From Acidimicrobiales bacterium (GTDB taxonomy: Bacteria; Actinomycetota; Acidimicrobiia; Acidimicrobiales; UBA8190), in assembly GCA_036786835.1 (NCBI GenBank), contig DAIQQK010000006.1, positions 1,131 to 65,130 on the forward strand: 64,000 nucleotides of DNA. Direction: 5' to 3'. Each line of letters opens with the position of its first letter. Position 1 is the stretch's first letter. This document shows positions 62,981 to 64,000 of the stretch, one piece after another. The position numbers were made by a program, and so were the translations under genes. The notes beneath the pieces are model-generated. The model saw nothing but the letters and a program-made list of their open reading frames with translations. It made no database searches and was not told the origin of the DNA.

Positions 62981-64000
62981 GTGGCGACTGTAGGCACCGG
63001 CAAGCTGGCACGTCGCGGCGCCGACCGACGGAGTTCGGCGGGCACACCGTCGGACGTCGGCGCTGCTCTTCGTGACGCGCGCGAGCGGCTCGGCGTCAGC
63101 CTGGGCGAGGTCCGCGACCGCACCGGCATCCCGTGGCAGCACCTCGAGGCGCTCGAAGCCATGGACCTTGCCCGTCTGCCCGATCAGCGCACGGTCGTGA
63201 CCGCGGCAAGGCGCTATTCCGAGGTCGTGGGTCTCGATCCGTCCGAGGTTTGCGGAACCGCACTGCGGGTCTGGCAGGACGTCCACTGGACCCAGGCCCG
63301 CCAGATCGGCCCGACTCCTTCGGCCACCGGCACCTCCCCGCCTCCCGACCAGACCGCGGTCACACCGGTGACCCCCTCCCGAACCCCTCCGGCGTCTAGC
63401 CGCTCGAGGCGACGCCAGAGCTCCGGCTCGGGCAATGGAACCGGCAAATCCAAGCGCTCCGGAAGCACCAAGGTCGCGTCCGGTGCGGCAACTGCAAACA
63501 CCGACGCCGGCGGCGCTGCTGACGCTTTCCTAGGAACCTCCGAATCGGGCACGCGGTCGAGCCAGAAGTCGTTCACGCAGACAGCGGAAGTGCCGGGGAT
63601 CGCGAGGGGCGCAGGTCTGTCGCTCCACTTCGCGGACACCGGAGAGGTCCCCGTCACGAGACGCTTCGGCGGCGGTGCACGACCGGTACCGCGCTGGCTC
63701 CTCATCAGCGATGCCGTCGTTGCAGTTCTGCTCGTGATCGCGGGCGCCGGGATGGTCGTTCACCACTACAAGCCCCAGTGGCTGAAGGACATCCACGTGA
63801 CGCGCGAGAGCGTCGGCGTTCCGACGGCTGCAGCGCCCTCCACCCATGGAAGCGCTTCACCTGGCACGGGCTCGTCTTCTCGAGCGGGAGGCTCCTCACG
63901 CCCCCTCGTGGTCACCCAGCCTTCCGACTCGACGGACTCGGCCTCGGTGACGGTCCGGGCGAGGAGCTACCAGGTCGTCGTGCTCGCCCAGGACTCCTGC
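62981..64000 (+). CDS. RodZ-like HTH/TM/DUF4115 protein, 3' end beyond window
   Basis: Not in the ORF track (no stop in window). GTG 62981 follows GGAGCAGGAGGA. 340 codons are open to nt 64000. HTH DVGAALRDARERLGVSLGEVRDRTGIPWQHLEALEAMDLARLP...ARRYSEVVGLDP, TM WLLISDAVVAVLLVIAGAGMVV. Confidence 0.75.
   Translation, partial: MATVGTGKLARRGADRRSSAGTPSDVGAALRDARERLGVSLGEVRDRTGIPWQHLEALEAMDLARLPDQRTVVTAARRYSEVVGLDPSEVCGTALRVWQDVHWTQARQIGPTPSATGTSPPPDQTAVTPVTPSRTPPASSRSRRRQSSGSGNGTGKSKRSGSTKVASGAATANTDAGGAADAFLGTSESGTRSSQKSFTQTAEVPGIARGAGLSLHFADTGEVPVTRRFGGGARPVPRWLLISDAVVAVLLVIAGAGMVVHHYKPQWLKDIHVTRESVGVPTAAAPSTHGSASPGTGSSSRAGGSSRPLVVTQPSDSTDSASVTVRARSYQVVVLAQDSC

Noticed and set aside
146-63899. 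Many long ORFs antisense to or out of frame with the annotated genes. Examples: 608..1930(-), 2030..3577(-), 3258..4790(-), 5883..7457(+), 6025..7563(-), 9957..11630(+), 16175..17872(+), 19350..21527(+), 20935..22320(-), 22753..24450(-), 26796..28118(-), 48476..49900(-), 48568..50082(+), 51463..53493(-), 58905..61040(-).
   Set aside because: They are typical stop-poor shadow frames of GC-rich DNA. The translations are R/A/G/P-rich with no recognisable motifs, and each overlaps a gene whose product has clear family signatures.

Overview
GC-rich, densely coding chromosomal DNA that looks Actinomycetota-like. The taxon is inferred from gene content, GTG/TTG starts, G-rich RBSs and the sortase/Rpf-like/ECF content. 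I can support 58 protein-coding genes. I found no rRNA, tRNA, CRISPR array, transposase or integrase. Layout: (1) 1-28.4 kb and 42-55 kb form a paralogue-rich CoA-thioester catabolic supercluster. It holds 4 acyl-CoA dehydrogenases, 2 crotonases, 4 adenylate-forming ligases, a family III CoA-transferase, three DUF35 + SCP-x-type thiolase pairs plus one thiolase/OB-fold fusion, 4 PF04909-type amidohydrolases plus 1 D-aminoacylase-type enzyme, 3 Zn-ADHs, a TetR regulator and a P450-ferredoxin pair. A GGDEF-EAL sensor, an FGGY kinase, a 2-hydroxyacid dehydrogenase and a GNAT are interspersed. (2) 28.4-33 kb is a miscellany: MpaB-like oxygenase, DUF1801, a globin-like gene with an in-frame TAG, an RCK K+ channel, a small conserved protein and an esterase lipoprotein. 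(3) 33-42 kb is a cell-envelope module built as two mirror-image arms, each headed by an ECF sigma factor fused to a membrane-spanning low-complexity tail. Arm A has an LPFTG repeat protein, a sortase and an Rpf-like transglycosylase. Arm B has a PAS-GGDEF cyclase, a small LPFTG protein and a polyprenyl-phosphate sugar transferase. (4) 55-62.7 kb is a Liv-type ABC importer operon ending in two uncharacterised envelope proteins. (5) From 62981 to the window end runs a rodZ-like gene that is missing from the ORF track because it has no stop in the window. The most notable non-genic signals are a 16-bp palindrome CTGAC-N6-GTCAG recurring in front of many of the catabolic and uptake operons (a candidate regulon operator), and an unusual number of in-frame 9/18-bp tandem repeats inside otherwise ordinary enzyme genes, one of which is shared by two convergently overlapping genes. 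All functional calls come from motif recognition by eye; no database search was possible.
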